DNA of 64,000 nt from Parcubacteria group bacterium GW2011_GWA1_40_21 (GTDB taxonomy: Bacteria; Patescibacteriota; Minisyncoccia; Phycocordibacterales; GWA1-40-21). The position numbers were made by a program, and so were the translations under genes. A model generated the notes under the pieces. It was not told where the DNA came from. It did not search any database and saw nothing but the letters and a program-made list of their open reading frames with translations. Positions 37,680-47,670 of this stretch are shown here, in pieces (position 1 is the stretch's first letter; each line of letters opens with the position of its first letter). The DNA lies in NCBI GenBank assembly GCA_000996205.1, contig LBYO01000006.1, forward strand, positions 1,969-65,968. The letters run 5' to 3'.

Positions 37680-37800
37680 GGAAGCAAAGTAGCTTTTTAG
37701 CTTGTAGCTGTTTAGGGAAGATTAGGATTTAGAAAACCTAAAAAGCTAAACAGCTACAAGCTACCTACCTTCTTCAAATTTCTTCCTAAAAAGCTAATAA
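37680..37800. repeat. Gene-boundary inverted repeat cluster (agcttgtagct family) between rpsG and fusA; probable terminator/attenuator
   Basis: agctttttagcttgtagctgtttagg ... cctaaaaagctaaacagctacaagcta ... cctaaaaagctaataagctacaagcta. Confidence 0.5.
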
Positions 37801-37826
37801 GCTACAAGCTAAATAGTTAAAAAATT

Positions 37827-39968
37827 ATGAACAGAGACTATCCATTGGAAAAAGTTAGAAATTTCGGGATTATCGCCCATATTGATGCCGGAAAGACGAC
37901 GACTTCCGAGCGTATTTTGTATTACACAGGTTCGTCCCACAAGATAGGAGAAGTGCACGAGGGTGAGGCGACCACTGACTGGATGGAGCAGGAAAAAGAG
38001 AGAGGCATCACCATCACCGCCGCCGCTATCACTTGTTTTTGGGTGCCAACTTATGAAAAAGGCGATGCGAGCAAAAAGCACAGATTTAATATTATTGACA
38101 CGCCGGGACATGTGGACTTCACTGTGGAAGTGGAACGCTCTCTTAAGGTTTTGGACGGCGGAGTAGTCGTCTTTGACGGAGTGGCTGGCGTTGAACCTCA
38201 ATCGGAAACAGTCTGGAGGCAAGCTGACAAATACCATGTCCCGCGAATCTGCTTTATCAATAAATTAGACAGAACGGGCGGAAGTTTTGAAAAATCTTAC
38301 AAATCCATCTTGGACAGGCTCACTAAAAACGCCGTGAGAATGCAGATTCCAATCGGCGAGGAAGATAAATTTGAAGCCGTGATTGACCTTCTCAAAATGA
38401 AAGCTTATTACTTTGAAGGAGATATGGGCAGTACGATAAGAGAAGAGGAAATCCCGTCAACTCATATTGAAGACGCTAAAAAATTCAGAGCGGAGCTGGT
38501 AGAAAAAATCGTTGCTGAAGATGATACGCTGATGAGCGACTACTTGGATGGAAAGGAAATAGCCGTCGCTGATCTAAAAAGAGTTTTGAGAAAAGCCACT
38601 ATTGGCGAGAGAATCGTGCCTGTCTTTACAGGTTCAGCCTTAAAAAATAAAGGCGTCCAGCTTGTTCTTGACGGGGTTATTGATTATTTGCCGTCGCCCC
38701 TTGATATTCCTCCGGTGAAAGGCGCGGATCCGAAAACGGGCGAGCCTATGGAAAGAAAAGCGTCAGACAGCGAACCGTTTGCCGCGCTGGCTTTCAAGTT
38801 GCAGTCAGACCCTTATGTCGGACAGCTTACTTATTTCAGAGTTTATTCCGGAACGATAGAATCGGGTTCGTATATTTACAACGCAACGACAGGCGAAAAA
38901 GAGAGACTCGGAAGAATCGTCCGAATGCACGCCAATCAAAGAGAGGAAGTCAAAAAAGTTTTTGCCGGAGAAATAGCCGCGGCTGTCGGACTCAAAAATA
39001 CAAAAACCAGCCACACTCTTTGCGATGAAGAAAAACCAATTTTACTGGATAAGATTATATTTGCCGAGCCTGTCATATCTTTGAGAATTGAACCTAAAAC
39101 AAAAGCCGATCAAGAAAAAATGGGTTTCGCGCTCAAGAGGTTGTCTGATGAGGACCCTACTTTTAAAGTGAAATCAGACACCGAGACTGGCGAGACTCTT
39201 ATAATGGGAATGGGAGAGCTTCACCTTGAAATTATGGTAGACAGGATGAAAAGGGAATTCAGCGTGGAATCGAATGTCGGCAAGCCTCAAGTCGCCTACA
39301 AAGAAACAATTATTTCTGAAGCAGAGGCGGAACACAAATACATCAAGCAGTCAGGAGGAAAGGGTCAGTACGGACATGTCAAAATCAAAATCAAACCTCT
39401 TCCAAAACTTGATCCCGATGCAAAAGTCTCGAAAAATACCAAGAGGTCAGAAGGATTTGAATTTATAAACTCAATCAAAGGAGGTGTTATTCCTATAGAA
39501 TTTATTCCTGCCGTTGAAAAGGGCGTGAGAGAGGGTATGGAAAGAGGAATTCTAGCGGGATACAAAGTGGTTGATATATCTTGTGAATTGCTTTTCGGTT
39601 CCTATCACGATGTTGACTCATCCGAAATTGCTTATAAAATTGCCGCCTCTCAAGCTTTTCAAGACGCCGCCAAGCGCGCGAAGCCTGTTATTCTTGAGCC
39701 GATTATGAAAGTGGAAGTCGTGACGCCGGAAAAGTTTATGGGCGACATTACCGGCCACTTGAGCTCAAAGCGCGCCCAGATTGAAGGTATGGAAGAGAGG
39801 GGAATGAACAAGGCCATAAAAGCTAAAGTTCCTCTATCAGAAATGTTCGGCTATGTGACGACCCTCCGTTCAATGTCCGAAGGCCGCGCCTCATCAACAA
39901 TGGAATTTGACCACTACGACATCGTCCCTCCGAATGTCGCCCAAGAAATAATTGAGGCGAGAAAATGA
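37827..39968 (+). CDS. fusA: Elongation factor G
   Basis: [22 protein letters not shown]-domain motifs; 713 aa. Confidence 0.95.
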   Translation: MNRDYPLEKVRNFGIIAHIDAGKTTTSERILYYTGSSHKIGEVHEGEATTDWMEQEKERGITITAAAITCFWVPTYEKGDASKKHRFNIIDTPGHVDFTVEVERSLKVLDGGVVVFDGVAGVEPQSETVWRQADKYHVPRICFINKLDRTGGSFEKSYKSILDRLTKNAVRMQIPIGEEDKFEAVIDLLKMKAYYFEGDMGSTIREEEIPSTHIEDAKKFRAELVEKIVAEDDTLMSDYLDGKEIAVADLKRVLRKATIGERIVPVFTGSALKNKGVQLVLDGVIDYLPSPLDIPPVKGADPKTGEPMERKASDSEPFAALAFKLQSDPYVGQLTYFRVYSGTIESGSYIYNATTGEKERLGRIVRMHANQREEVKKVFAGEIAAAVGLKNTKTSHTLCDEEKPILLDKIIFAEPVISLRIEPKTKADQEKMGFALKRLSDEDPTFKVKSDTETGETLIMGMGELHLEIMVDRMKREFSVESNVGKPQVAYKETIISEAEAEHKYIKQSGGKGQYGHVKIKIKPLPKLDPDAKVSKNTKRSEGFEFINSIKGGVIPIEFIPAVEKGVREGMERGILAGYKVVDISCELLFGSYHDVDSSEIAYKIAASQAFQDAAKRAKPVILEPIMKVEVVTPEKFMGDITGHLSSKRAQIEGMEERGMNKAIKAKVPLSEMFGYVTTLRSMSEGRASSTMEFDHYDIVPPNVAQEIIEARK

Positions 39969-39972
39969 AGAG

Positions 39973-40112
39973 TCGCTCGCATTCTCTTTTTAAAAACACG
40001 AATATCCGTCTGCTGATGGATTTCTCTGCTCGTCAATCAAGAAAATAATCAACTTAAGAAAGTTGTTATTTTCTAATTTCCTGCGCAAGGTTTTTAAAAA
40101 GAGAAGGCTTGC
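39973..40112. mobile_element. MITE-like roughly 145-bp element, copy 1
   Basis: About 90% identical to 52031-52180; about 20-bp terminal inverted repeats (tcgctcgcattctcttttaaaaa / tttttaaaaagagaa[t/g]gc); internal hairpin. Confidence 0.5.
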
Positions 40113-40141
40113 TTTAATCGGTAAGAAAAAGAAATTTGAAA

Positions 40142-40169
40142 TTGACACATAAAGTCCATTGTATATACT
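40142..40169 (+). promoter_or_regulatory. Sigma70-like promoter for dinJ-yafQ (TTGACA-N16-TATACT)
   Basis: Consensus -35 and near-consensus -10, 9 nt upstream of ATG region. Confidence 0.45.
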
Positions 40170-40177
40170 ATGGATAT

Positions 40178-40453
40178 ATGAAAACGATGATCAACATAAA
40201 GGCGGACAAGGAAGTGAAAGAAAACGCGCAGGAGTTGGCAAGGGACTTGGGACTGCCTTTGAGCGGCATAATAAACGCGTTGCTTAAAGAATTTGTCCGA
40301 AACAGAAGCGTGTCTTTTTCCGCCGTCCCAAGGATGACTCGCGCCCTTGAAAATGTCTTGGGTAGGGTGGAAGATGACATTAAAAAGGGCAGGAATATGT
40401 CGCCTGTTTTTTCTTCTGCTGAAAAAGCCAATGAATACCTCGATATTTTATGA
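40178..40453 (+). CDS. RelB/DinJ-family antitoxin
   Basis: MINIKADKEVKENAQELARDLGLPLSGIINALLKEFVR matches DinJ/RelB. Confidence 0.65.
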   Translation: MKTMINIKADKEVKENAQELARDLGLPLSGIINALLKEFVRNRSVSFSAVPRMTRALENVLGRVEDDIKKGRNMSPVFSSAEKANEYLDIL

Positions 40454-40710
40454 AAATAATATTTCATAAGAATTTTGAAAAACAATACAAAAAGTTTCCC
40501 GACAAGACGAAACAGAAAGTAAAAGAAAGGAACATTTTGTTTGGAAAAGATCCATATGATCCGATATTGAATAACCATGCCCTAAACGGCAAATATATGG
40601 GTTATAGGAGTATCAGTATTACCGGAGATATAAGAATAATCTACAAATTTTTGGACAAAGACACGGCTTTGTTTTCAGAAATAGGCACTCACAGCGATTT
40701 GTATTCCTAA
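40450..40710 (+). CDS. YafQ/RelE-family toxin
   Basis: HAL.GKY.GYRSISITGDIRIIY pattern; 4-nt overlap with antitoxin. Confidence 0.7.
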   Translation: MKIIFHKNFEKQYKKFPDKTKQKVKERNILFGKDPYDPILNNHALNGKYMGYRSISITGDIRIIYKFLDKDTALFSEIGTHSDLYS

Positions 40711-40770
40711 ACAGCCTAAAAAACGAAAAAATTTGCGGAAAATATGTATTTATGCTATCGTAGCAATGTT

Positions 40771-41040
40771 ATGCTTACAAAGACAAAAAAAACAAAAATC
40801 ATAAAGGAAGTGGCGATTCACGACAAAGACACGGGCTCTCCTGATGTTCAAATCGGCGTTTTGACGAAAAGGATTGAAGAATTGGCGGCTCATCTTAAGA
40901 AAAATCCGAAAGACAAGCACTCAAGACGCGGACTTTTGGGGATGGTTGCTGATAGGCAGACTCATATGAAATATCTCCAGAAGACAAACATAAGAAGATA
41001 CAATTCCTTGATGAAAAAATTGGAATTAAAGAAAAGCTAA
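40771..41040 (+). CDS. rpsO: 30S ribosomal protein S15
   Basis: DTGSPDVQIGVLTKRIEELAAHLKKNPKDKHSRRGLLGMV canonical S15. Confidence 0.9.
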   Translation: MLTKTKKTKIIKEVAIHDKDTGSPDVQIGVLTKRIEELAAHLKKNPKDKHSRRGLLGMVADRQTHMKYLQKTNIRRYNSLMKKLELKKS

Positions 41041-41092
41041 TATAAATTTAGCTTCTTTTCCTAAAACCTACAACCTAACACCTAATTAAACT

Positions 41093-41629
41093 ATGTCAGT
41101 CATCAAACACAAAGAACAAAGAGTCGGTATTTTTATTGATACTCAAAATCTCTACCACAGTTCCAAAAATCTATATAATGCTAAAGTGAACTTCGGTCAA
41201 ATCGTCAAAGATGCTCTGGCGGGAAGACGGCTGGTGCGCGCGGTGGCTTATGTCATCACCACCGAAAGTGGCGAGGAGAAAAGCTTTTTTGAAGCGCTGG
41301 AAAAAGTCGGGATTGAAACGAAGACGAAAAACCTCCAGATTTTTGCCGGTGGCGCAAAAAAGGCGGATTGGGATGTCGGACTTGCTGTTGATGCGATAAA
41401 GCTCGCTCCAAAACTTGATACGGTGATCATAATTTCCGGCGACGGAGACTTTATCCCGCTCGTGGAATATCTTCAAGTTAATGAAGGATGTCAGGTGGAA
41501 GTTATCGCTTTTGGAAAATCTGCATCAGCCAAACTCAAAGAAGCCGCCGATGATTTCATAGACCTAGACCAAAATGCCAGAAAATATCTTATGGGCTTCG
41601 GCGGGGGAAGGGAGAGGGGGAGGAAATAG
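41093..41629 (+). CDS. NYN-domain (LabA-like/PIN-like) protein
   Basis: RVGIFIDTQNLYH...DVGLAVDAI...IIISGDGDF NYN signature. Confidence 0.7.
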   Translation: MSVIKHKEQRVGIFIDTQNLYHSSKNLYNAKVNFGQIVKDALAGRRLVRAVAYVITTESGEEKSFFEALEKVGIETKTKNLQIFAGGAKKADWDVGLAVDAIKLAPKLDTVIIISGDGDFIPLVEYLQVNEGCQVEVIAFGKSASAKLKEAADDFIDLDQNARKYLMGFGGGRERGRK

Positions 41630-41671
41630 AAATAATTCGTTCTAATAACTTGCAGGATAGAATTTTTAAAG

Positions 41672-42286
41672 ATGGAAAAGATTGATGTAGAAAAATTATT
41701 GTCACAACTTGAAGAAAAAAGACCGGTTTTTCATTCAGAAGCTGATCTCCAACATGAACTGGCGTGGTTGTTGCATAATGAATTTCCAAGATCAAGTGTC
41801 AGATTGGAAAAACCATACACAAGTGAAAGCGGAAAATCAGAATATGTTGATATTTTTGCAGGCATTATTGGTAAAAAATATTTCATAGAATTAAAGTACA
41901 AAACCAAGGAACTGAAACCGAAGAAGGAAATTAATGGGGAAAAATTTCATCTCAAAAATCAAGGTGCTCAAGATTGTGGGCGTTATGATTTTTGGAAAGA
42001 TGTTTCAAGAATAGAATCCAAAGTTGCTGAAACTAATAATAGTTTTGGGTATGTAATATTTTTAACCAACGACCATTCTTATTTAAGAGAACCAAGAAAA
42101 ACAAGTCTAACTTATAATTACAGAACGACAGATGGCAGAAAAGTCACTAAGTGTAGTTTAGGATCACTTAAGGGGTATAATAAAGGCAGAGAAAGAAACA
42201 TAAAAATAAAAAATTCTTATGAAATTAAATGGAAAAATTACGGCAATCATGATTTTAAGTTTTTACTTTTGGAAATAAAGAAATAA
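41672..42286 (+). CDS. Hypothetical protein with PD-(D/E)xK-nuclease-like motif
   Basis: YVDIFAG...IELKYK (D...ExK) arrangement; otherwise unrecognised. Confidence 0.35.
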   Translation: MEKIDVEKLLSQLEEKRPVFHSEADLQHELAWLLHNEFPRSSVRLEKPYTSESGKSEYVDIFAGIIGKKYFIELKYKTKELKPKKEINGEKFHLKNQGAQDCGRYDFWKDVSRIESKVAETNNSFGYVIFLTNDHSYLREPRKTSLTYNYRTTDGRKVTKCSLGSLKGYNKGRERNIKIKNSYEIKWKNYGNHDFKFLLLEIKK

Positions 42287-42350
42287 AAAAATAGCTAAGT
42301 TATTCAATTTTTTTGCAAAAATTTGACGGATACTATATGATTATGGGCAA

Positions 42351-42536
42351 ATGTTAACTACAACCAAAGAAAAAAAAATAACAAACAAGGAAGAAATTGA
42401 ACAGCTTCAGACAAAAGCGGCTATTTTGGATGACTTGGTGGAATTTATTGAAGATAAATATCTCGGGCATTTAATGCGTATTGTGGAAAAAGAGCCAAAT
42501 ATTTCGCTTAAAAAAGCTAGAACAATGCTCCGCTAA
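42351..42536 (+). CDS. Putative antitoxin of ParE/RelE toxin
   Basis: 61-aa acidic helical ORF ending at the toxin start codon. Confidence 0.45.
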   Translation: MLTTTKEKKITNKEEIEQLQTKAAILDDLVEFIEDKYLGHLMRIVEKEPNISLKKARTMLR

Positions 42537-42808
42537 TGGATATTTTATTTAAACCGAGCTTCATTAAGGATTTTAACGAACTTCCCGCCAAGACAAAGGC
42601 GGATGTAAGAAAAATATGCATGGAAGATTTTTTAGCCGCCAAAAATCTGACGGAATTAAAATATGCGGATTTGAATTCAATCAAAGGATTTAAGGGTTAT
42701 TATAGAGTAAGAACTGGAGATTATAGAATTGGCTTCAAAAAAGAAGGTCAATTCATTATTTTTATGAGAGTTAGGCACAGGAAAGACATTTACAAATTTT
42801 TCCCTTAG
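42536..42808 (+). CDS. RelE/ParE-family toxin
   Basis: GYYRVRTGDYRIGFKKEGQFIIFMRVRHRKDIY. Confidence 0.7.
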   Translation: MDILFKPSFIKDFNELPAKTKADVRKICMEDFLAAKNLTELKYADLNSIKGFKGYYRVRTGDYRIGFKKEGQFIIFMRVRHRKDIYKFFP

Positions 42809-42864
42809 TCAAAAGTGTGTTAAAAAAATTTCCACTACTGTAAAAACTCTGCTAAAATTGGGGG

Positions 42865-44985
42865 GTGAAAAAGAAAGAATACTCAATGGAGGTGGGAGGG
42901 AAGATTTTGACCGCGATTTTCAGCGATTTGGCGGAGCAGTCTAACGGCTCTGTGATGATTAAATACGGCAACACTGTCGTCCTTGTGACTGCGGTGATGT
43001 CTGCAGAGACGAAAGACGGACTGGATTATTTTCCACTTATTGTTGACTATGAAGAAAGATTCTACGCCGGAGGGAGGATTCTTGGTAGTCGGTTTGTCCG
43101 CCGGGAAGGCAAGCCGTCTGATGAAGCGATACTAAGCGGACGAGTGGTGGACAGAACGATTCGTCCGCTTTTTGAAAAACATATACGAAATGAAGTGCAG
43201 GTTGTTATCACGATTCTTTCCCTTGACGAATACGATCCTGATGTTTTGGGAGTAATTGGGGCGTCGCTGGCTTTGGGAGTTTCCGATATTCCGTGGGAAG
43301 GGCCGGTGAGCTCGATGAGAATTGGGAAACATAACGGCTCCGATGAATTTGAAATAAACCCGAATTACAATTTTAGAAACGAAAAAAATTACGATTTTGA
43401 TTTGGTCGCCTGTGGGAAAGATGGAAATATAAATATGATTGAGGTTGGCGCGAGTGAGGCAAAAGAAGAAGTTGTTAAGAGTGCATTGGAACGAGCCTCG
43501 CAAGAAATAGAAAAAATCCAAGAATTTCAGAAAAAAATAATCGCGGAAATCGGCAAGAAAAAGAAAATTATTGAAAAACCGAAAATTCCGGACGGATTGG
43601 CGGAAGTTTTCAAAGAAAAGATTGAGAAACGATTGAACAATTCCATTTTCTCTCAATCTGACGCGGAAAATTCTGACAATCTCAAAAAAGAATGGCTGGA
43701 AATTTTCAAAGAAAAATTTCCGAAAGATAGTCTTAATATCGCCGATTCCTATCTTGAAAAAGCGATAGACGAGCTTGTCCACAAAGAAGCGATTGGGAAC
43801 GGAAGAAGGCCGGACGGCAGGGGAGTTGATGAAATAAGGCCTATTTACACGGAAGCCGGCGGAATTTCTTCTGTTCTTCACGGCTCTGGCATTTTCTACA
43901 GAGGGGGCACGCATATATTATCGGTGGCGACATTGGGCGGACCGCAGGATTCTCAAATAATTGACAGTATGGAGGAACAACAGACTGACAAACATTTCAT
44001 CCATCATTATAATTTCCCCCCATTTTCAACGGGAGAAACGGGAAAAATCGGCGGGACAAACAGAAGAATGATAGGTCACGGCGCGCTTGCCGAAAAAGCT
44101 CTTTTGCCTGTGATCCCGTCGCAAGAACAATTCCCTTACACGATAAGAATTGTCTCCGAATCAATGGCGTCCAACGGCTCCACTTCAATGGCATCGGTTT
44201 GCGGAGGAACTCTCGCTCTTATGGACGCCGGGGTTCCGATAAAAGCTCCAGTCGCCGGTATCGCATCAGGGCTTATGATGCGCAGTCCGACCGAATATAA
44301 AGTACTCACAGATATTCAAGGCTACGAAGACCATCACGGAGATATGGATTTCAAGGTTGCCAGCACGAGAGAGGGGATTACAGCGATACAAATGGATATA
44401 AAAGTAAGCGGAATTCCGATTCCGATAATAGCGGAAGCTTTGGAAAAAGCCAAAATCGCCTGTTTGCATATACTGGACAAAATCGAGGGAGCGATAAGCG
44501 CGCCAAGAAAAGAAATCTCGCCGAATGCTCCGCGCGTTGTCATCATCAAAATAAAACCCGACCAGATAGGCCTCGTCATAGGCACCGGAGGGAAAACCGT
44601 AAATGAGATAAAAGAAAAAACCGGAGCCGAGATTGATATTGAGAATGACGGCACAGTTTTCATAACCGGCAGAAATGACTCGGCCACCAAAGCCCAGAAA
44701 ATAATTGAAGAAATGACCCGCGAATACAAAGTCGGAGAAAAATTTGGAGGCGAAGTGACAAAAATTTTTGACTTCGGAGTCCTTGTTCGAATCGCCCCGA
44801 ATGTTGAAGGATTGGTCCACATTTCAGAAATTGCGCCGTTCAGAATAGAAAAAATTGATAAAATTATAAAAACAGGAGAGAAAGTCGCGGTCATTATAAA
44901 GGAGATTGACGAGATTAAAAATAAAATCAGTCTGTCAATCAAAGATGTTGACCCGAATTTCGCGAAGAGGAAAGGACTGGCTTAA
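42865..44985 (+). CDS. pnp: Polyribonucleotide nucleotidyltransferase
   Basis: Two RNase PH domains, KH (GTGGKTVNEI) and S1 (GGEVTKIFDFGVLV) domains. Confidence 0.95.
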   Translation: MKKKEYSMEVGGKILTAIFSDLAEQSNGSVMIKYGNTVVLVTAVMSAETKDGLDYFPLIVDYEERFYAGGRILGSRFVRREGKPSDEAILSGRVVDRTIRPLFEKHIRNEVQVVITILSLDEYDPDVLGVIGASLALGVSDIPWEGPVSSMRIGKHNGSDEFEINPNYNFRNEKNYDFDLVACGKDGNINMIEVGASEAKEEVVKSALERASQEIEKIQEFQKKIIAEIGKKKKIIEKPKIPDGLAEVFKEKIEKRLNNSIFSQSDAENSDNLKKEWLEIFKEKFPKDSLNIADSYLEKAIDELVHKEAIGNGRRPDGRGVDEIRPIYTEAGGISSVLHGSGIFYRGGTHILSVATLGGPQDSQIIDSMEEQQTDKHFIHHYNFPPFSTGETGKIGGTNRRMIGHGALAEKALLPVIPSQEQFPYTIRIVSESMASNGSTSMASVCGGTLALMDAGVPIKAPVAGIASGLMMRSPTEYKVLTDIQGYEDHHGDMDFKVASTREGITAIQMDIKVSGIPIPIIAEALEKAKIACLHILDKIEGAISAPRKEISPNAPRVVIIKIKPDQIGLVIGTGGKTVNEIKEKTGAEIDIENDGTVFITGRNDSATKAQKIIEEMTREYKVGEKFGGEVTKIFDFGVLVRIAPNVEGLVHISEIAPFRIEKIDKIIKTGEKVAVIIKEIDEIKNKISLSIKDVDPNFAKRKGLA

Positions 44986-45005
44986 TTTCATATAATAAAT
45001 GAAGT

Positions 45006-46154
45006 ATGGAAAATAACGATCAAAATAATTTGAGTGCGCCACTTAAAGAAAACCCCGCAACTGACTCGGCAATCTCAACCCAAAATGCCAGCCCGCAAAT
45101 AAAAACGGCGAACCTAAATCAGAAAAGAGATGAATTGCTGTCCAGCGGTCAAATCAAGGAAGAAGTTTTGAGTTACTTAAACGAATTGGGCGAGGAAAAT
45201 TATCCGCCGTTTGCCGAAAATACCTCTACTCCGCGGGAGGAGGAGAAAAATACCGTTAAGCAAAGCATCGTAAGAACTTTTAAAAGCGACGCGGAAGAAG
45301 CCATAAAAACGGAGAGGATGTCTTCCGTGAGCATCGCCATCGCCGAAGAAAAAAGGAGGCAGAAATATCAAAAAACCTCGCCGTCCAACGACGCTCCAAA
45401 ATCTAAAAAGGCCTTGCTCTTTATTACCAGTCTGCTGTTTGTGTTAGCTGGAATTGGCGCTTTTAATTTCAATTACATAAAAGAAAAAGTAAGCGTCGCG
45501 CCAACAACCAAGAAATCGCTTAGGCCGACGCTCCTGCTGACGGCGGACTCGAATTCCGAGCTTAATTTGAGCGATTTCGGTAAAAAAGATGCCGGCAATT
45601 TTCTGTCCAAATTTATAAACACAGCCGACTTTGAATCAAATTCAATACAAAATATTTATATCGCAAAAACCATTCTTGAAAAAGAAAAAGAAACAAAGAA
45701 ATTGGTGGGGACTAAAGAATTTTTGCCTCTCATAAGCTCTAAAATTCCGGACATTCTTTTTCGCTCGTTGTCGCCGGAGTATATGCTCGGCATCCATTCT
45801 TGGAACGGCAACCAGCCGTTTATAATATTGAAAACCGAATCTTACGAAAACGCTTTTGCCGGAATGCTGTCGTGGGAGAAAAATATTGCCGGAGATTTAA
45901 GCGCGTTGTTTCCCAGAAATATCCCGCCGTTAACGCAAGAAATAACCGCCACCACCGAGCAAGTTCTTTCATACAAAAAAGATTTTGAAGATGTCTTGGT
46001 GAAAAACAAGGACACCCGAGCTTTGAGAGATGAAAATGGCGAAATTTTCTTGATTTATTCTCTTCCGGACAAAGAAACTGTCATAATCACATCAAACACG
46101 GACACGCTGTCCGAACTGCTTGACAGGCTTACACGCTCGCGAGCGGTCAGATAG
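45006..46154 (+). CDS. Hypothetical membrane-anchored protein
   Basis: Single TM (ALLFITSLLFVLAGIGAF) after acidic/Ser-rich N-terminus. Confidence 0.5.
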   Translation: MENNDQNNLSAPLKENPATDSAISTQNASPQIKTANLNQKRDELLSSGQIKEEVLSYLNELGEENYPPFAENTSTPREEEKNTVKQSIVRTFKSDAEEAIKTERMSSVSIAIAEEKRRQKYQKTSPSNDAPKSKKALLFITSLLFVLAGIGAFNFNYIKEKVSVAPTTKKSLRPTLLLTADSNSELNLSDFGKKDAGNFLSKFINTADFESNSIQNIYIAKTILEKEKETKKLVGTKEFLPLISSKIPDILFRSLSPEYMLGIHSWNGNQPFIILKTESYENAFAGMLSWEKNIAGDLSALFPRNIPPLTQEITATTEQVLSYKKDFEDVLVKNKDTRALRDENGEIFLIYSLPDKETVIITSNTDTLSELLDRLTRSRAVR

Positions 46155-46263
46155 TAAAGAAGCCATCGCGGAATAAATTTCTAATTTCTAATCAAATTCA
46201 AATTTCTTAAACCTACAACCTACTACCTAAAACCTACAACCTTCTTCGCGCGTCTAGTATATT

Positions 46264-47634
46264 CCAATCCCCTAATGTCCCCTGAAATCACTTTTCGGTA
46301 ATGATGGGTTTTTTAATATTTTTTTCTAATTTTAACTTTGCTTTCTGCATTTCCTCCGCGAAATCATTGTCGCTCTTAGCATACGCAATTTCATCAAGCA
46401 TTGCAAAAGTAACACCTTCCTTCAAGTACTGTTCCGCTTTTTCCAAAGACTTGAAATTCTCATAGGGAACAAATGTTTGGTCGTACTTCTTCCTGATCTT
46501 TCCTCGCTTGTCCGTGTAATTCGTTGCGTATAAACAGACACGATGATAATTGAGGTAAACATTAAAATAATCGGCATAGAATTCATTGATGGCTCCCGCG
46601 CTACTTTTATTAATAAAGTTTCGTCCCATATGTTTGCGAATAACCGAACCGTTTTTTCCTTCAACAAGCGCATTGTCGGTACTCTTCCTCGATCTGCTTT
46701 TTGTTTGTTTAATCAAGAGTCGCGCCAATATTCTTTCCACTACTTGATTAATATATTCGCTGCCATTGTCAGAATGAAAGTTGATGATGACAAAAGGAAA
46801 CATCGAGAGGAGCATTTCAAGCAAGGGCTTCATATATTCATCAGTAATCTGCGGTACGCAACCAACCAGTTCCCATTGAGTGACTTCATCCACTAGATTG
46901 ATGTGATATACACCTTTATCGCCGTCCAAATCTCCCTGATGCACCGAATCTACCCTTATGTAGCCCGGTTTCCCGTAAGGTACGGGTTTCTTCCTTTCCC
47001 CGATATTCGCATTCACTGGGTTTGTTTTTGAGTATTTAATTGCTTCTGAAGAAAGATACTGTCGGTTGTTCTTCCTTAAGTTGTAAATATGCGACACTGA
47101 AATTTTTGCAATATTCGCATATGCTTCTTTCCCAAAAGTTACGAACTCTCTGACGAGCGTTTGTTTTACGGAACGGCCATTGGGGGTCTTGTGCGCGACA
47201 TCAGTCTTGATGAGCAACGCTATGTCTTCCGGTTTGTAAATACGAACCGAAGCGCCGAATGTCTTCCTCTTCACAAAATACAAGCCATCCTTTTTCCATT
47301 TTTTGATTAACCGTTTCATCTGCTTCTGCTCGTACCCCGTCACTTTTTCAAGAAACATTTTTACTGTTCCTTTGTCTTTCTTGCTCAGCTGTTGGTACCC
47401 AACGCTAACTAAAGACGCGCGTATCAATGTGTATTTTTCTTCTCGAGATTCCACATCAAACTCCATATGACGGCTTCCTTCCAAAAACTTCTTCATTTCC
47501 TCCACTTTTGTTATTTGTATGTTTTTCATAATAATCATAAGCACCATTATGAAAAGTCCCTCTTGTAACGCAACACCTTTCAGGGGACATTAGCGTTAAA
47601 ACGGGATACCGTTTCAGGGGACATTAGGGATTGG
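46264..47634 (-). mobile_element. Insertion sequence with DDE transposase and roughly 23-bp terminal inverted repeats
   Basis: Left ccaatcccctaatgtcccctgaaa / right tttcaggggacattagggattgg; extra subterminal copy of tttcaggggacattag at 47571. Confidence 0.8.
46288..47547 (-). CDS. DDE-type transposase (integrase-core/rve fold)
   Basis: HSDNGSEY, DDE spacing, N-terminal HTH. Confidence 0.85.
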   Translation of the reverse strand: MVLMIIMKNIQITKVEEMKKFLEGSRHMEFDVESREEKYTLIRASLVSVGYQQLSKKDKGTVKMFLEKVTGYEQKQMKRLIKKWKKDGLYFVKRKTFGASVRIYKPEDIALLIKTDVAHKTPNGRSVKQTLVREFVTFGKEAYANIAKISVSHIYNLRKNNRQYLSSEAIKYSKTNPVNANIGERKKPVPYGKPGYIRVDSVHQGDLDGDKGVYHINLVDEVTQWELVGCVPQITDEYMKPLLEMLLSMFPFVIINFHSDNGSEYINQVVERILARLLIKQTKSRSRKSTDNALVEGKNGSVIRKHMGRNFINKSSAGAINEFYADYFNVYLNYHRVCLYATNYTDKRGKIRKKYDQTFVPYENFKSLEKAEQYLKEGVTFAMLDEIAYAKSDNDFAEEMQKAKLKLEKNIKKPIITEK

Positions 47635-47670
47635 AGAAGACTCGTCTTTGCAATTATTTTTCCTTTTGTT

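Noticed and set aside
37809-38237. Antisense and overlapping ORFs inside fusA, pnp, pcrA, comM, the T4SS proteins and similar (for example 37809-38237 -, 43132-43914 -, 44334-44942 -, 48414-48878 -, 52273-52743 -, 62309-62749 -)
   Set aside because: They are embedded in strongly supported conserved genes on the opposite strand or a shifted frame. Their translations are repetitive or Ser/Phe/Leu-rich, typical of antisense AT-rich sequence.
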